Of a DNA stretch of 64,000 nucleotides, positions 53,953 to 63,703 are shown in pieces (the first letter of the stretch is position 1; each line of letters opens with the position of its first letter). The position numbers and the translations under genes were made by a program. The stretch spans positions 310,001-374,000 of the forward strand of contig CAXXQE010000006.1 in assembly GCA_963665615.2 (NCBI GenBank). Direction: 5' to 3'. The notes below the pieces were generated by a model. That model did not search any database and was not told the origin of the DNA. It saw nothing but the letters and a program-made list of their open reading frames with translations. The DNA is from Syntrophales bacterium (lineage in GTDB: Bacteria; Desulfobacterota; Syntrophia; Syntrophales; UBA4778).

Positions 53953-55047
53953 TTATCGGCCCATGCCGACAATACGCGGGTTCTTTTCCGGGGGTTGTTT
54001 CTCGGCATATTTCAGCAACGAAAGGCTGCCAACAGGACACCGGATTGCACAATTTCCACATCCGAGACAATTTTCCTTGATGACAACGGCTAAATCGTCC
54101 TTCATCTCCAATGCGCCAACTTGACAATGGTCGATGCACTGGCCACAGCCGATGCAGCTTTCGCTGTCCACAGTTGCCACAAAGTTCGATCCGACGAATA
54201 CCGAATTCATCCCCCGATATTTTTTCATCAGAACGAGCGATTCGCAACAGCACCCGCAGCAGTTACACATCACGATATAATCCCCGGTGAAGTTGCTGAC
54301 ATTATGAATAAGGCCCGCCTTTTCACAGGCGGCAAGGAGTTCGAGAACGCCCTCCCGCGACAGTCGCCTGGCGAACTGACGATCCACCATAAAATCCGCA
54401 ACCTTCCCGAAATAGATACAGCTGTCCTGGGGGACATCGCTCAAACGACAAGGATGGCCATCCATTTTCGCATTCTGTCGGCAGTAACAGGCGCCTGCGG
54501 CAAAGGATTCTTCCCGGTTGATTATTTCCGTCAACTGTTCCCATGTGGCGATGTTTTTCTTGCCCTGCAGCTGCTCTTCCACTGCAATCGTCCTCAGTTG
54601 GTAAGCAGGCGGGACCCCCTGGGCCGGATCAGAACGCCGGTATTCTTTTTCGACCATGGCTGCCAATGCCACGCTGATATTCTTAATCAAACGGATTCTT
54701 TTTTTGACTTTGTCGGTTTCGTCACCCTTGATGTTCTGAAATTCGAGAATCCCGGGGACAAGGGGCGGCAGAGAATACTCCTTGTCGCCTTTCTCTGTCC
54801 GGGCTATGAAAATTAATCCTTCATCAGCCATGCTTTCCAGCAATCGTTCCAAGGCATCTTCTTCCCGAGACAGCGACTTGGACAATGCTTTCAGCGTATG
54901 AGCCCCCATGGGGAATGAAGCTCCGAGCTTCGCCTGTTCTTCGGAAAATACCTCCCTTAAAAATACCAGCACCTCTTCAATCAAAGGAAGCTGAAAATCA
55001 TTCTGGTTCAACCGATTGCCTAATTGGATATAGAGATCATCTTGCAT
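53953..55047 (-). CDS. Polyferredoxin-like 4Fe-4S protein, paralog of 27041-28144
   Basis: CYCR..C..C, MCNCCGCCC and two CxxCxxCxxxC motifs. Confidence 0.85.
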   Translation of the reverse strand: MQDDLYIQLGNRLNQNDFQLPLIEEVLVFLREVFSEEQAKLGASFPMGAHTLKALSKSLSREEDALERLLESMADEGLIFIARTEKGDKEYSLPPLVPGILEFQNIKGDETDKVKKRIRLIKNISVALAAMVEKEYRRSDPAQGVPPAYQLRTIAVEEQLQGKKNIATWEQLTEIINREESFAAGACYCRQNAKMDGHPCRLSDVPQDSCIYFGKVADFMVDRQFARRLSREGVLELLAACEKAGLIHNVSNFTGDYIVMCNCCGCCCESLVLMKKYRGMNSVFVGSNFVATVDSESCIGCGQCIDHCQVGALEMKDDLAVVIKENCLGCGNCAIRCPVGSLSLLKYAEKQPPEKNPRIVGMGR

Positions 55048-55222
55048 GCACATTACTCCCGGGGTTCGTTGTATGTCTGGGAATGGTTTTTAACAAATCG
55101 AGTCAAATGTCAAGAAAGATTGCAAGCGCAAAAGGAATCTTTTTACGCTTAAGGAAGGTGCTCCAATATTATTCGCTCGCATTCTCCGCCGTAAGCAGCG
55201 GAAAATGCGAGCGCTGCCGGAT

Positions 55223-56431
55223 TCAGATTTCTCTCGTCCACAAGGACGCCATGGAAGGACCGCCGCCGACACACAGCGAAGCGCCGCCCATTCTGAGGTT
55301 CAGCCTTTCCATTTCATGACAGAGCGTGACAAGAATCCGCAGCCCTGTACTGCCCACAGGGTGTCCCAGCGCGATGCCGGATCCATGATGATTGATTTTA
55401 TCCATATTTAATTCAATGCCGAATTCCTGCTTGAGGACCCTGCCGACGCCGAGCCACTGTGCTGCAAAGGCTTCATGGAGTTCCCAATAGTCTATATCCC
55501 CGAATTTCAGGCCTGCCTGCTTCAGGCACTTCGGAATCGCAAAGGCGGGACCAATGCCCATATATTTTGGATCGCATCCTTCATTGCAGATATTGACCAG
55601 CTTCATGAGGGGTTTGAGTCCCAGTTCCAATGCCTTTTCTTTGGCCATAATGATTGCAGCCGACGCACCGTCATTGATGCCCGAGGCGTTGGCGGCCGTC
55701 GTAACGCCGCCGTCTTTCTTGAATACGGCGGGAAGGGCAGCCATTTTTTCCATACTCGCATCGAGGATCGGGTGTTCATCGGTATCGAAGATCTTCACAC
55801 CCTTTTTGGTCTTCAACTCGATCGGTACGATTTCTCTCTTGAAGATGCCCGCCTCAATCGCTTTGACGGCCTTCTGGTGACTCTGAAGCGCCAGTTCATC
55901 ACATTCCTGCCGACTGATGCCATATTTTTCGGCGACATTATCCGCCGTGAGTCCCATATGCCCGGGCACGAGTGAATCGATCAGACCGTCATGCAGCATA
56001 TGATCTTCGATCTGACCCGGCCCCATGCGATAGCCCAGCCGCGCTTTTGGGATTAAATACGGCGCGTTGGTCATGCTTTCCACGCCCACGACAAGGGCGA
56101 TATCCGTCTTGTTCAACATGATATTATGTGCGGCAATCTCCAGGGCCCTCATGCCGGATGTGCAGTTCTGATTCACGCTCACCGCACTGCTCCGATGCGG
56201 CAGGCCAAGCCTTATCCCGACTTGCCGTGCGGGCAGGGAACCCTGCAAGGCCGTATATAATTGACCCATACAGATTTCATCGATCAGATCGGGAGAAATG
56301 CCCGCCCGTTCAATAGCTGCTTTACCTGCCGTCAATGCCAGGTCTCTTGCCTGCACATCTTTCAGGCTGCCCAAAAAATCGCCGATGGCTGTTCGGCATG
56401 CGCCAACCATTACGACTTCCCTTATATTCAT
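55223..56431 (-). CDS. Acetyl-CoA C-acyltransferase (thiolase)
   Basis: NQNCTSG, GVESMT, NASGINDGA, HEAFA, GHPVG and LCVGGG motifs. Confidence 0.93.
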   Translation of the reverse strand: MNIREVVMVGACRTAIGDFLGSLKDVQARDLALTAGKAAIERAGISPDLIDEICMGQLYTALQGSLPARQVGIRLGLPHRSSAVSVNQNCTSGMRALEIAAHNIMLNKTDIALVVGVESMTNAPYLIPKARLGYRMGPGQIEDHMLHDGLIDSLVPGHMGLTADNVAEKYGISRQECDELALQSHQKAVKAIEAGIFKREIVPIELKTKKGVKIFDTDEHPILDASMEKMAALPAVFKKDGGVTTAANASGINDGASAAIIMAKEKALELGLKPLMKLVNICNEGCDPKYMGIGPAFAIPKCLKQAGLKFGDIDYWELHEAFAAQWLGVGRVLKQEFGIELNMDKINHHGSGIALGHPVGSTGLRILVTLCHEMERLNLRMGGASLCVGGGPSMASLWTREI

Positions 56432-56564
56432 TGTTCGCCTCCTACTCTTCTGAAGTTGAAATTGACGCGTCGATCACTGCAGATGCTCTTTCCAGGTGCT
56501 GAAGCTACTGAGCAGCGCTCGGACTGCCGCATGTGCTCTGGTTCACTGGAAAGCCGCGCTAATT

Positions 56565-57026
56565 TTATACCGGCTCGAAATACTTGATATCGAAAATGTG
56601 TCCCTTTCGGTCCTCATTCCAGGCGACCTTCACACGCATGCCGCTTTTCATTCTTTTGCGAACAGCTTCGAAATCGCTTAGATCGAACCCTCCGACCAGA
56701 TGGAGAAACCTGACATCCGCACCGTCCAAATGGATCAAAGCGCCGATGTATGGGGGTTCCACAGGCTGACCGTAAAACTTGTAATTCACGTAAACATAAG
56801 CGCTGACCACGCCTTCTTGCGAGACTTCGACCCAGTCGTCGGTATCAACAAAGCAACGGGGGCAGAAGGACCGTGCGGGAACCAGGACCCTGTTACACTT
56901 CTTGCATTTCGTTCCATAGATCTTTTTTTCCTGAAGGCCATCAAAAAATTTCGACCAGGTCGCGCCATAAGCCAATTCATAGGGCAGCCTGACTTCCGTT
57001 TGTAATGTTCTGTATTCTTTCGACAT
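56565..57026 (-). CDS. Zn-ribbon + OB-fold (DUF35/ChsH2-like) protein
   Basis: CKKC...PARSFCPRC followed by an OB-fold (PY...I.LDGAD..F.H, GMRVK..W). Confidence 0.9.
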   Translation of the reverse strand: MSKEYRTLQTEVRLPYELAYGATWSKFFDGLQEKKIYGTKCKKCNRVLVPARSFCPRCFVDTDDWVEVSQEGVVSAYVYVNYKFYGQPVEPPYIGALIHLDGADVRFLHLVGGFDLSDFEAVRKRMKSGMRVKVAWNEDRKGHIFDIKYFEPV

Positions 57027-57039
57027 ACTAAACCCTCCT

Positions 57040-58206
57040 CTATAATTCAGATCCGAGAATCATGACACCATTGAATTGACAATTTCCACCCATGGCATGG
57101 GCAAAGGCAGTCTTCGCGCCCGGCACCTGGTGATCGCCGGCCTTGCCGGTCACCTGCATCGCGGCCTCAGCGACCCTGATGAGCCCCGTTGCACCAATCG
57201 GATTGGTGCACAACACCCCGCCTGAAGGGTCGCACGGGAGCTCGCCACTACGGCTGAAGGTACCTTTCAAAACGAGATCGGGCGCCTGCCCGAAATCGCA
57301 AAATCCGAAATTTTCGTAATACATCATTTCCTGATAGGTAAAGGGATTATATACTTCTGCCACATCGAGTTCCTTGCGCGGATTGCTGATCCCCGCCTGA
57401 TCATAGGCCTCCTTGGCAGCCTGAATGGCGCTCTGCCACTCAGCTTTATCACTATCGCCATAAAAAAATTCATCTCCCCGATAGCCGACCCCTTTGACCC
57501 AGGCCGGCGTCTTTCCCAACTTCCGGACCATGTCCTGGGATGCGAAAATAACGGCGCAAGCGCCGTCAGAGGTCGGACAGACATCCAACAGCCGGACCGG
57601 ATAGGAGATGACCTTGGCATTGCTGACGTCGTCTATGCCCACCCGTATTTTGATATGCGCATAGGGATTGTCAAAGGCATCGTCATGATGTGTCACGGAC
57701 ACGAACGACGCGGCTTCGCGGAGCTTCTCTTCGGGAATATTGTAACGTCCCGACCAGATCTGAGATTGTATAGAAAACGTGCCGACAGCGCCGGCGATGA
57801 AATACCTCTGATAGAACGGTTCCAACACGGTAATCATCGTAGATTGCGCATGTCCCTCATTCATTTTTTCGTGCCCGACGGCCAGGACAAGGTCCGCCAT
57901 GCCCGACGCAACCCAGTAGTATGCTGTATGTGCCGTAGACATGCCGACGGAGCCGCAGGTTTCCGTTTTCAAAATCGGTTTGCCGACACTCTGCATGGCA
58001 TCCGCAAAATAAAAATGGGTCAGGGCGATGCCTTCCATCATGGAGGGCATCGTGCCGGAAACAACGCCGTCAATATCATCCGCGGTGATCCCCGCGTCAA
58101 TCAATGCCGCAGCGACCGACTCACGCACCAGATCGGGATAGCAGACATCATGACGTTTTCCATGTTTGGTCTGCCCCACGCCCAAAACTGCAACAGGCCT
58201 TCCCAT
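57040..58206 (-). CDS. SCP2-thiolase family protein, Ltp3-like
   Basis: AVLGVGQTK, ETCGSVG, CPTSDGACA, EVYNPF, PSGGVLCTNPIGATG and HAMGG motifs. Confidence 0.8.
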   Translation of the reverse strand: MGRPVAVLGVGQTKHGKRHDVCYPDLVRESVAAALIDAGITADDIDGVVSGTMPSMMEGIALTHFYFADAMQSVGKPILKTETCGSVGMSTAHTAYYWVASGMADLVLAVGHEKMNEGHAQSTMITVLEPFYQRYFIAGAVGTFSIQSQIWSGRYNIPEEKLREAASFVSVTHHDDAFDNPYAHIKIRVGIDDVSNAKVISYPVRLLDVCPTSDGACAVIFASQDMVRKLGKTPAWVKGVGYRGDEFFYGDSDKAEWQSAIQAAKEAYDQAGISNPRKELDVAEVYNPFTYQEMMYYENFGFCDFGQAPDLVLKGTFSRSGELPCDPSGGVLCTNPIGATGLIRVAEAAMQVTGKAGDHQVPGAKTAFAHAMGGNCQFNGVMILGSEL

Positions 58207-58218
58207 ACTCAAGCCCTC

Positions 58219-59361
58219 CTATATTCCTATAACAGCAACAGAATGACACTGTCCGGCAAAGCCGTGGGTGCCATGAGCTACCGCCGTTTTGATTTTTTTG
58301 TTTAACTGCCGTTCTCCGGCTTCTCCCCGGATTTGCAAGACGGCTTCCACGGCCCGCTGAAGACCTCTGGAAACGTAAGGATTATTCGCCAGAACGCCTC
58401 CAGAAGGGTTGACCGGGATATCGCCATGAACCGAGGTCACTTCCGCATCGATCAGTTTGCCGCCCTCGCCGGGCTTGCAAATACCCAAATCCTCCAGCCA
58501 CATCAACTCCTGAAAGGCATAGGGCTCACAGATTTCCAGCATATCGATTTCCTTTTGGGGATTTTCGATACCGGCCATCTTATAAGCTCGCCTTGCAGCA
58601 TTGCCCAATTGACCGTGCAGGAGATCGCGATCGCCAAAGTTATAGGTATCCATGGATGTGCTGAATCCCTTAAGCCAGACGGGTTTGTCCGTCAGTTCCT
58701 TTGTTTTTTCTTCCGACGCGAGAACCATGGCCACCATTCCGTCCGATTTGGGAGCGATCTGCAAAGCCGTCAGCGGATCGAGAACCCGCTCGGATTTAAG
58801 AATGTCGGCCACGCTGTATCGGCCTTTCCTGTGAGCCCACGGATTTCTCAGCGCATTGCCCAGATTCTTGACAGCGACCCGGGCACATTGTTCCTGCGTT
58901 ACGCCATAGGTCTCCATATAAAGCCGCATTTGCATCGAAGCCGCGATCGACTCATTCAGGCCGATCGGCCTTTGATAAAACGGATCGGCAAACATCAGCG
59001 TACAGGCGTCCGTTTCAGGATTTTCAGAACCCTTGCAGAGACTGATTACCAGAGCCGTTTCATATTTTTCCGTCATGATCCGCATCGCCGCATAAAATAA
59101 GGCGAAGAGCGATTCCCCATCCTGTCTCGAGGCGTTTTTTAAAAATGCCCCGATCGGATCCCAGTAATAAGCATTGGCACAGGAGATGCCGCCGTGGAAG
59201 ATATCAGAGGATGCGCTTACGATCGTGCCAAGCTCTTCCCTGCTCAAGCCGGCTTTGTCCAATGCCTCTTTTGCCACCCGGAATGCCTGATCGTAGAAGT
59301 TATCCTTCGATTCAGTTCCGGCATTTTGAGCAACAGAAACAATTCCTACTCGTTTTGTCAT
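58219..59361 (-). CDS. SCP2-thiolase family protein, Ltp4-like, lacking the N-terminal catalytic Cys
   Basis: SASSD, SRQDGES at the usual Cys position, APKSDG, EICEPY.FQE, VNPSGG and HGTHG motifs. ATG at 59361. Confidence 0.8.
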   Translation of the reverse strand: MTKRVGIVSVAQNAGTESKDNFYDQAFRVAKEALDKAGLSREELGTIVSASSDIFHGGISCANAYYWDPIGAFLKNASRQDGESLFALFYAAMRIMTEKYETALVISLCKGSENPETDACTLMFADPFYQRPIGLNESIAASMQMRLYMETYGVTQEQCARVAVKNLGNALRNPWAHRKGRYSVADILKSERVLDPLTALQIAPKSDGMVAMVLASEEKTKELTDKPVWLKGFSTSMDTYNFGDRDLLHGQLGNAARRAYKMAGIENPQKEIDMLEICEPYAFQELMWLEDLGICKPGEGGKLIDAEVTSVHGDIPVNPSGGVLANNPYVSRGLQRAVEAVLQIRGEAGERQLNKKIKTAVAHGTHGFAGQCHSVAVIGI

Positions 59362-59411
59362 TGCCTTCACTTCCTTCCTTTTGCCTTGCGCTCTTTCAGA
59401 CAAGGATTGGG

Positions 59412-59557
59412 CATTGAAGACTCACCGGGGCCTGCCTGTGCGTAACCGCACGCAGGCAGGCTCCGGCGAATTTCCGATTCCCAAGGTAGCTGCTTTTCCC
59501 TGATTCGCTCGCTTACCCCGCCGCAAGCAGCGGGAAATGCGCTCGCTAAAGGATTCA
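59412..59557 (+). repeat. REP/MITE-like family A, long copy with a family C hairpin inserted (59431-59460)
   Basis: Colinear with 23462-23579 except for cctgcctgtgcgtaaccgcacgcaggcagg in the first loop. Confidence 0.8.
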
Positions 59558-59588
59558 TTACCCTGGTTTCTTTTTTCATCACATCGAT

Positions 59589-60800
59589 CTAGCAAAGGAT
59601 GATCTCCGTCGCGATGCCCGTCCCGCCTCCGCAGCAAAGCGAAACGATGCCTTTTTCTATTCCGCGGATGCGCATCTCATGAATCAATGTCCCCGTAAGC
59701 CTTGCACCGGAACATGCAACCGGGTGCCCGAAGGCAATGGCGCCGCCGTTCACATTGATCGTTTCCAATTGCTTATCCGTGAATTTGAGCTCTTTAAAGA
59801 CCGCCAGACACTGTGCGGCGAAGGCCTCGTTGATTTCAAACAATCCGTAATCGTCCAGAGTCGTGCCGGCCATTTTCAGCAACTTTCGAATGGCATAGGC
59901 CGGAGCTATCCCCATGATCGCCGGATCGACACCGACATTGCAGTGTTTCCCGATGCGCGCCATCGGTTTCAAGCCGAGTTCATCAGCCTTGCGCTGCGTC
60001 ATCATCAATACAACAGCGGCACCGTCATTCAGGCCCGATGAGTTGCCGGCTGTTACCGTACCATCTTTCATAAAGGCCGGTCGTAACGTCGCCAGACCTT
60101 CCAGTGTGGTTTCCGGCCGCGGGTGTTCATCCTGGTCAAAGATGACCTTTCCTTTCTTTGTCTGGACTTCCAGCGGAAGGATTTCTCTCTGCAACCTGCC
60201 GGATTTTTGCGCCGCCGCAGTGTTCTTCTGACTCAACAGGGCAAATTCATCCTGCTCGCGCCTGCTGATGTTGTACTGCTTGGCCAGGTTTTCAGCAGTA
60301 ATCCCCATATTCATGTGCGGATACAGATCCGGCCCGCAGACCCTCCGTGCCGTTTCATTGAATTCACAATGAATTTTCAGTGATCCATCATCCAGACGGA
60401 ATCCCTGACGGGCGTCCTCAATCCAGTACGGCAGATTGCTCATATTTTCCGCGCCACCGGCCAGTGCTATTTCTACCGTACCGGTTGCAAGGTGCATATA
60501 GGCGACGTTAATGGCCGCCAGGCCCGACCCGCATTGATGCTCGACATTGTAGCCGGCAATGTGGTGGGGCAATCTTGCCCTGAGCAGCGCCAATCGTCCC
60601 AGGTTGGGGGCATTCGAATTATTGTCAACATTTCCGAGCACGCACAATTCGACCAGATCCGGATTGACATTATTACGCTTTAACAGTTCCACAAGCAACG
60701 GCGCGGCCAGCATATCGGCTTCAACCTTGGTTAAGGTTCCGCCGAATTTGCCGATCGCCGTTCTCAATACATCCACGATGACAACATCATTCAGATTCAC
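59589..60800 (-). CDS. Acetyl-CoA C-acyltransferase (thiolase)
   Basis: HQCGSG, GAENMS, NSSGLNDGA, NEAFA, GHPVA and LCCGGG motifs. GTG start at 60800. Confidence 0.93.
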   Translation of the reverse strand: MNLNDVVIVDVLRTAIGKFGGTLTKVEADMLAAPLLVELLKRNNVNPDLVELCVLGNVDNNSNAPNLGRLALLRARLPHHIAGYNVEHQCGSGLAAINVAYMHLATGTVEIALAGGAENMSNLPYWIEDARQGFRLDDGSLKIHCEFNETARRVCGPDLYPHMNMGITAENLAKQYNISRREQDEFALLSQKNTAAAQKSGRLQREILPLEVQTKKGKVIFDQDEHPRPETTLEGLATLRPAFMKDGTVTAGNSSGLNDGAAVVLMMTQRKADELGLKPMARIGKHCNVGVDPAIMGIAPAYAIRKLLKMAGTTLDDYGLFEINEAFAAQCLAVFKELKFTDKQLETINVNGGAIAFGHPVACSGARLTGTLIHEMRIRGIEKGIVSLCCGGGTGIATEIILC

Positions 60801-60836
60801 TTGACCTTCCTCCATTCTTTAGGCTCATAAAGCCTG

Positions 60837-61700
60837 TTATTTCTTTTCGTACTTGTAGAATCCTTCACCCGACTTTTTCCCGTACATGCCCGCCGTCACC
60901 AGTTTACGGTGCAAAGGACGCGGCCGATATCGCTCACCGTACTCATTGAAAAGGACTTCATGGACTTTCAAATTGAGGTCCACTCCGGTAACATCGAGGA
61001 GCTCGAAAGGCCCGACAGGGTGACCGAGTCCAAGCTTGCAGGCTGTATCGATGTCCTCTACCGTCGCAACACCTTCCTCCAGCAGGCGGATGGCTTCAAT
61101 AAAGAAGATATTGAGCAATCGGTTCACGGCAAATCCAGCCACATCCTTGATTTCCACCGGCGTCTTGCCGAGCGTCCTGACGGCTTCCTTGGCAATCTCA
61201 ACTGCCTCTCTTTCGCAAAGATAACCGGGGATCACTTCCACCAGCTTCATCACAAAGGCCGGTGAGAAAAAGTGCATTCCGAGAAAGCGTGCCATGCGTT
61301 TTCTACTGACGGTAGTGGCCAGTCTCGTAATAGGAATGCTCGACGTGTTGCTGGCAATGACGCAATCCTCTTTGCAGACAGTGTCCAGCGTCGAAAAGAT
61401 TTTGCTTTTAATCGCAAATTCTTCGCTGGCCGCCTCTATGACCAGATCCGCATCGGCCATGTCCTCCAGCCGGTCCGTTATGGTAACGCGGTTCAGGATA
61501 GGCTCCTTATCCGCGGCATCCGTTTTGCCTTTCTTGATGCTCTTGTCGAGTACCTGTCCCTGACGATCTTTACCTTTTGTCGCCAACGCCAAGGTGGCAT
61601 CACTCATCACAACCTCGCAGCCCGCAGCAGCAAAACAAAGAGCAATCTCCGCGCCCATCATCCCCGCGCCGACTACGCCAACTTTCTTCAGAACCGCCAT
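60837..61700 (-). CDS. hbd: 3-hydroxyacyl-CoA (3-hydroxybutyryl-CoA) dehydrogenase
   Basis: GAGMMG, IEA..E, SNTSSI, GMHFFSP, GFAVNR, GP.EL.D and GKKSGEGFY motifs. Confidence 0.9.
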   Translation of the reverse strand: MAVLKKVGVVGAGMMGAEIALCFAAAGCEVVMSDATLALATKGKDRQGQVLDKSIKKGKTDAADKEPILNRVTITDRLEDMADADLVIEAASEEFAIKSKIFSTLDTVCKEDCVIASNTSSIPITRLATTVSRKRMARFLGMHFFSPAFVMKLVEVIPGYLCEREAVEIAKEAVRTLGKTPVEIKDVAGFAVNRLLNIFFIEAIRLLEEGVATVEDIDTACKLGLGHPVGPFELLDVTGVDLNLKVHEVLFNEYGERYRPRPLHRKLVTAGMYGKKSGEGFYKYEKK

Positions 61701-61785
61701 ATTCCTTTCCCCTTTCTCTTCACCTGTTCTTGTAACGGGTTTTCACTGTTCCCGTTTGTTATATAGAAGGCACGATGGGCCTACG

Positions 61786-62574
61786 TCAGCGCCCCTTGAA
61801 TCGAGCCTCTCTTCGCTCAAGAAACGATTGCACCCCTTCGGCGGCATCCTCGCTCTTCATAATGGGGACGAGGTCCGGCGCCAGCCGATCGACCGCAGGT
61901 CTTTCACTGCCCGCCTGAACCCGCCTTGCCGACAGCAATGCGGCCCGAACACCCAACGGCGCCTGTTTCGCGATTGTTTCCGCAATCTCCATTGCACGAT
62001 CCAGTTGGCGCCCGGGTTCGGTCAGCTCCTGGACAAGGCCCAGACGATAGGCCTCTTCGGCGCTCATTTCATCGCCGGTCAGCAGGCATCGCATAGCGTT
62101 TCCCCAGCCGATTTCCCGATGCAGACGGATGGTCCCGCCGCTCGTGGGATAGATGCCCCGTTTGACCTCGAGCAGCGCAAAACGGGTATCCGATGCGGCA
62201 ATACGGATGTCCATTGCCAGGAGCAGTTCAAACCCGATGGTAAAACAGATCCCGTGAACCGCCATCACGACGGGTTTCTGAACGCGCGTTTCATCTTCAA
62301 GCCCCCGCGGGTCGATCGCCCCGTCAGGCAGCGGAGGGAACAAGCCATCTTTCTCCAGCACTGGCGCCCATTGCGAAAGATCGAGACCGGCCGTAAAATG
62401 CTTGCCATTGGCATACACGAGGCCACAACGGCATTCCGGATCATTGTTCAACTGGCCGAAGGCAACGGCCAGTTCCCTGAACATGTCCAGGTCGAAAGCA
62501 TTGAGCTTCTGGGGCCGATTCAGCCCCATCATCAGAACATGACCTTTCTTTTCAACGATGACTTTCTGTTCCAT
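61786..62574 (-). CDS. Enoyl-CoA hydratase/crotonase family protein, copy 2
   Basis: LNRPQKLNAF, FTAGLDL, GFELLLA.D and EVKRGIYP motifs. ATG at 62574. Confidence 0.92.
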   Translation of the reverse strand: MEQKVIVEKKGHVLMMGLNRPQKLNAFDLDMFRELAVAFGQLNNDPECRCGLVYANGKHFTAGLDLSQWAPVLEKDGLFPPLPDGAIDPRGLEDETRVQKPVVMAVHGICFTIGFELLLAMDIRIAASDTRFALLEVKRGIYPTSGGTIRLHREIGWGNAMRCLLTGDEMSAEEAYRLGLVQELTEPGRQLDRAMEIAETIAKQAPLGVRAALLSARRVQAGSERPAVDRLAPDLVPIMKSEDAAEGVQSFLERREARFKGR

Positions 62575-62639
62575 TTCTATCTCCTTCCAGTTGCCGGCGG
62601 TTATTCTCTCACCGCCCGCCCGCGACCGCTTTAGCGGCA

Positions 62640-63428
62640 TCAGCGTCCCTTGAATTGCGCCTCTCTTCTCTCAACAAAGGATCTCACCCCTTCCGCGGCG
62701 TCTTCACTCCTCATCAGGGTCATCAGATCGGGGACCAGCCTTTTAACGGCCGGTTCCTCTCCGAACATCTGAACACGCCTCGCGGACTCAAGCGCCGCCT
62801 TGACGCCCAGCGGCGCCTGTTTCGCGATGGATTCTGCAATCTCCATCCCGCGATCCAACTGCCGCCCGTTCTGAGTCACTTCCTGAATGAGGCCAAGCCG
62901 GCAGGCTTCGTCGGCACGAATCTCATCACCGGTCAAGAGGTACCGCATGGCATTTCCCCAACCGATTTCCTTATGAAGCCTGATCGTAGCGCCTCCGGCC
63001 GGATAGATGCCACGTTTCACCTCGATAACCGCAAACCGGGCATCCGCTGAAGCCACACGGATATCCGTGGCCAGCAGGATTTCAAAACCGATCGTAAAAC
63101 AGATGCCTTGAACGGCCATCACAACGGGTTTCTGGACACGCCTTTCCGGATCCAGACCATAGAGATCGCAGGCGTCTTTCGGCAGCGGCGGGGGAAACGT
63201 CCCCTGTTCGAAATGAGCCGTCCACTGAGAGAGATCAAGACCGGAGGTAAAATGCTTTCCGTTGGCGTACAACAGGCCGCAACGGCATTCCGGATCAAGA
63301 TTCAACTCCCCCAGCGCCACACTGAGTTCTATAAACATGTCCACGTCAAAAGCGTTCAGTTTCTGGGGACGATTAAGTCCCATCATGAGAACGTTCCCCT
63401 TTTTTTCAACGGTGACTTTCTTTTCCAT
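62640..63428 (-). CDS. Enoyl-CoA hydratase/crotonase family protein, copy 1
   Basis: LNRPQKLNAF, FTSGLDL, GFEILLA.D and EVKRGIYP motifs. ATG at 63428. Confidence 0.92.
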   Translation of the reverse strand: MEKKVTVEKKGNVLMMGLNRPQKLNAFDVDMFIELSVALGELNLDPECRCGLLYANGKHFTSGLDLSQWTAHFEQGTFPPPLPKDACDLYGLDPERRVQKPVVMAVQGICFTIGFEILLATDIRVASADARFAVIEVKRGIYPAGGATIRLHKEIGWGNAMRYLLTGDEIRADEACRLGLIQEVTQNGRQLDRGMEIAESIAKQAPLGVKAALESARRVQMFGEEPAVKRLVPDLMTLMRSEDAAEGVRSFVERREAQFKGR

Positions 63429-63495
63429 TTCGTTCTCCTTGTCTAACAAGTGGCCTTTATTGATCCCGAGCGGTTTTTATAGTTAAGGTTTGATA

Positions 63496-63659
63496 ACGGA
63501 TGCGGCTCGTTTCCGGATTGGGGCATGGGGGAAGCCAAAGCGCGAGCGCGTCAGCGGTCGCGCTTTGGCAGAGGGGGAAAGCATCCCCCGTGGCTGAATC
63601 TGGCAGCGAACGCATCTCGCAGCTTGCTGCGAGATAACGGAAGCAGCAAGAGCATCCGT
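63496..63659. repeat. Multi-hairpin intergenic element (MITE/REP-like or structured RNA)
   Basis: Outer acggatgc/gcatccgt arms enclose three hairpins at 63534-63569, 63573-63589 and 63614-63635. Confidence 0.55.
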
Positions 63660-63703
63660 CTCGTTCGTCCTTCAGGCGTCTCAACGGAGAATGAGAAACC
63701 TTT

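Noticed and set aside
55223..56431. HEAF instead of NEAF in the thiolase
   Set aside because: This is a known thiolase variant and not enough by itself to suggest novelty.
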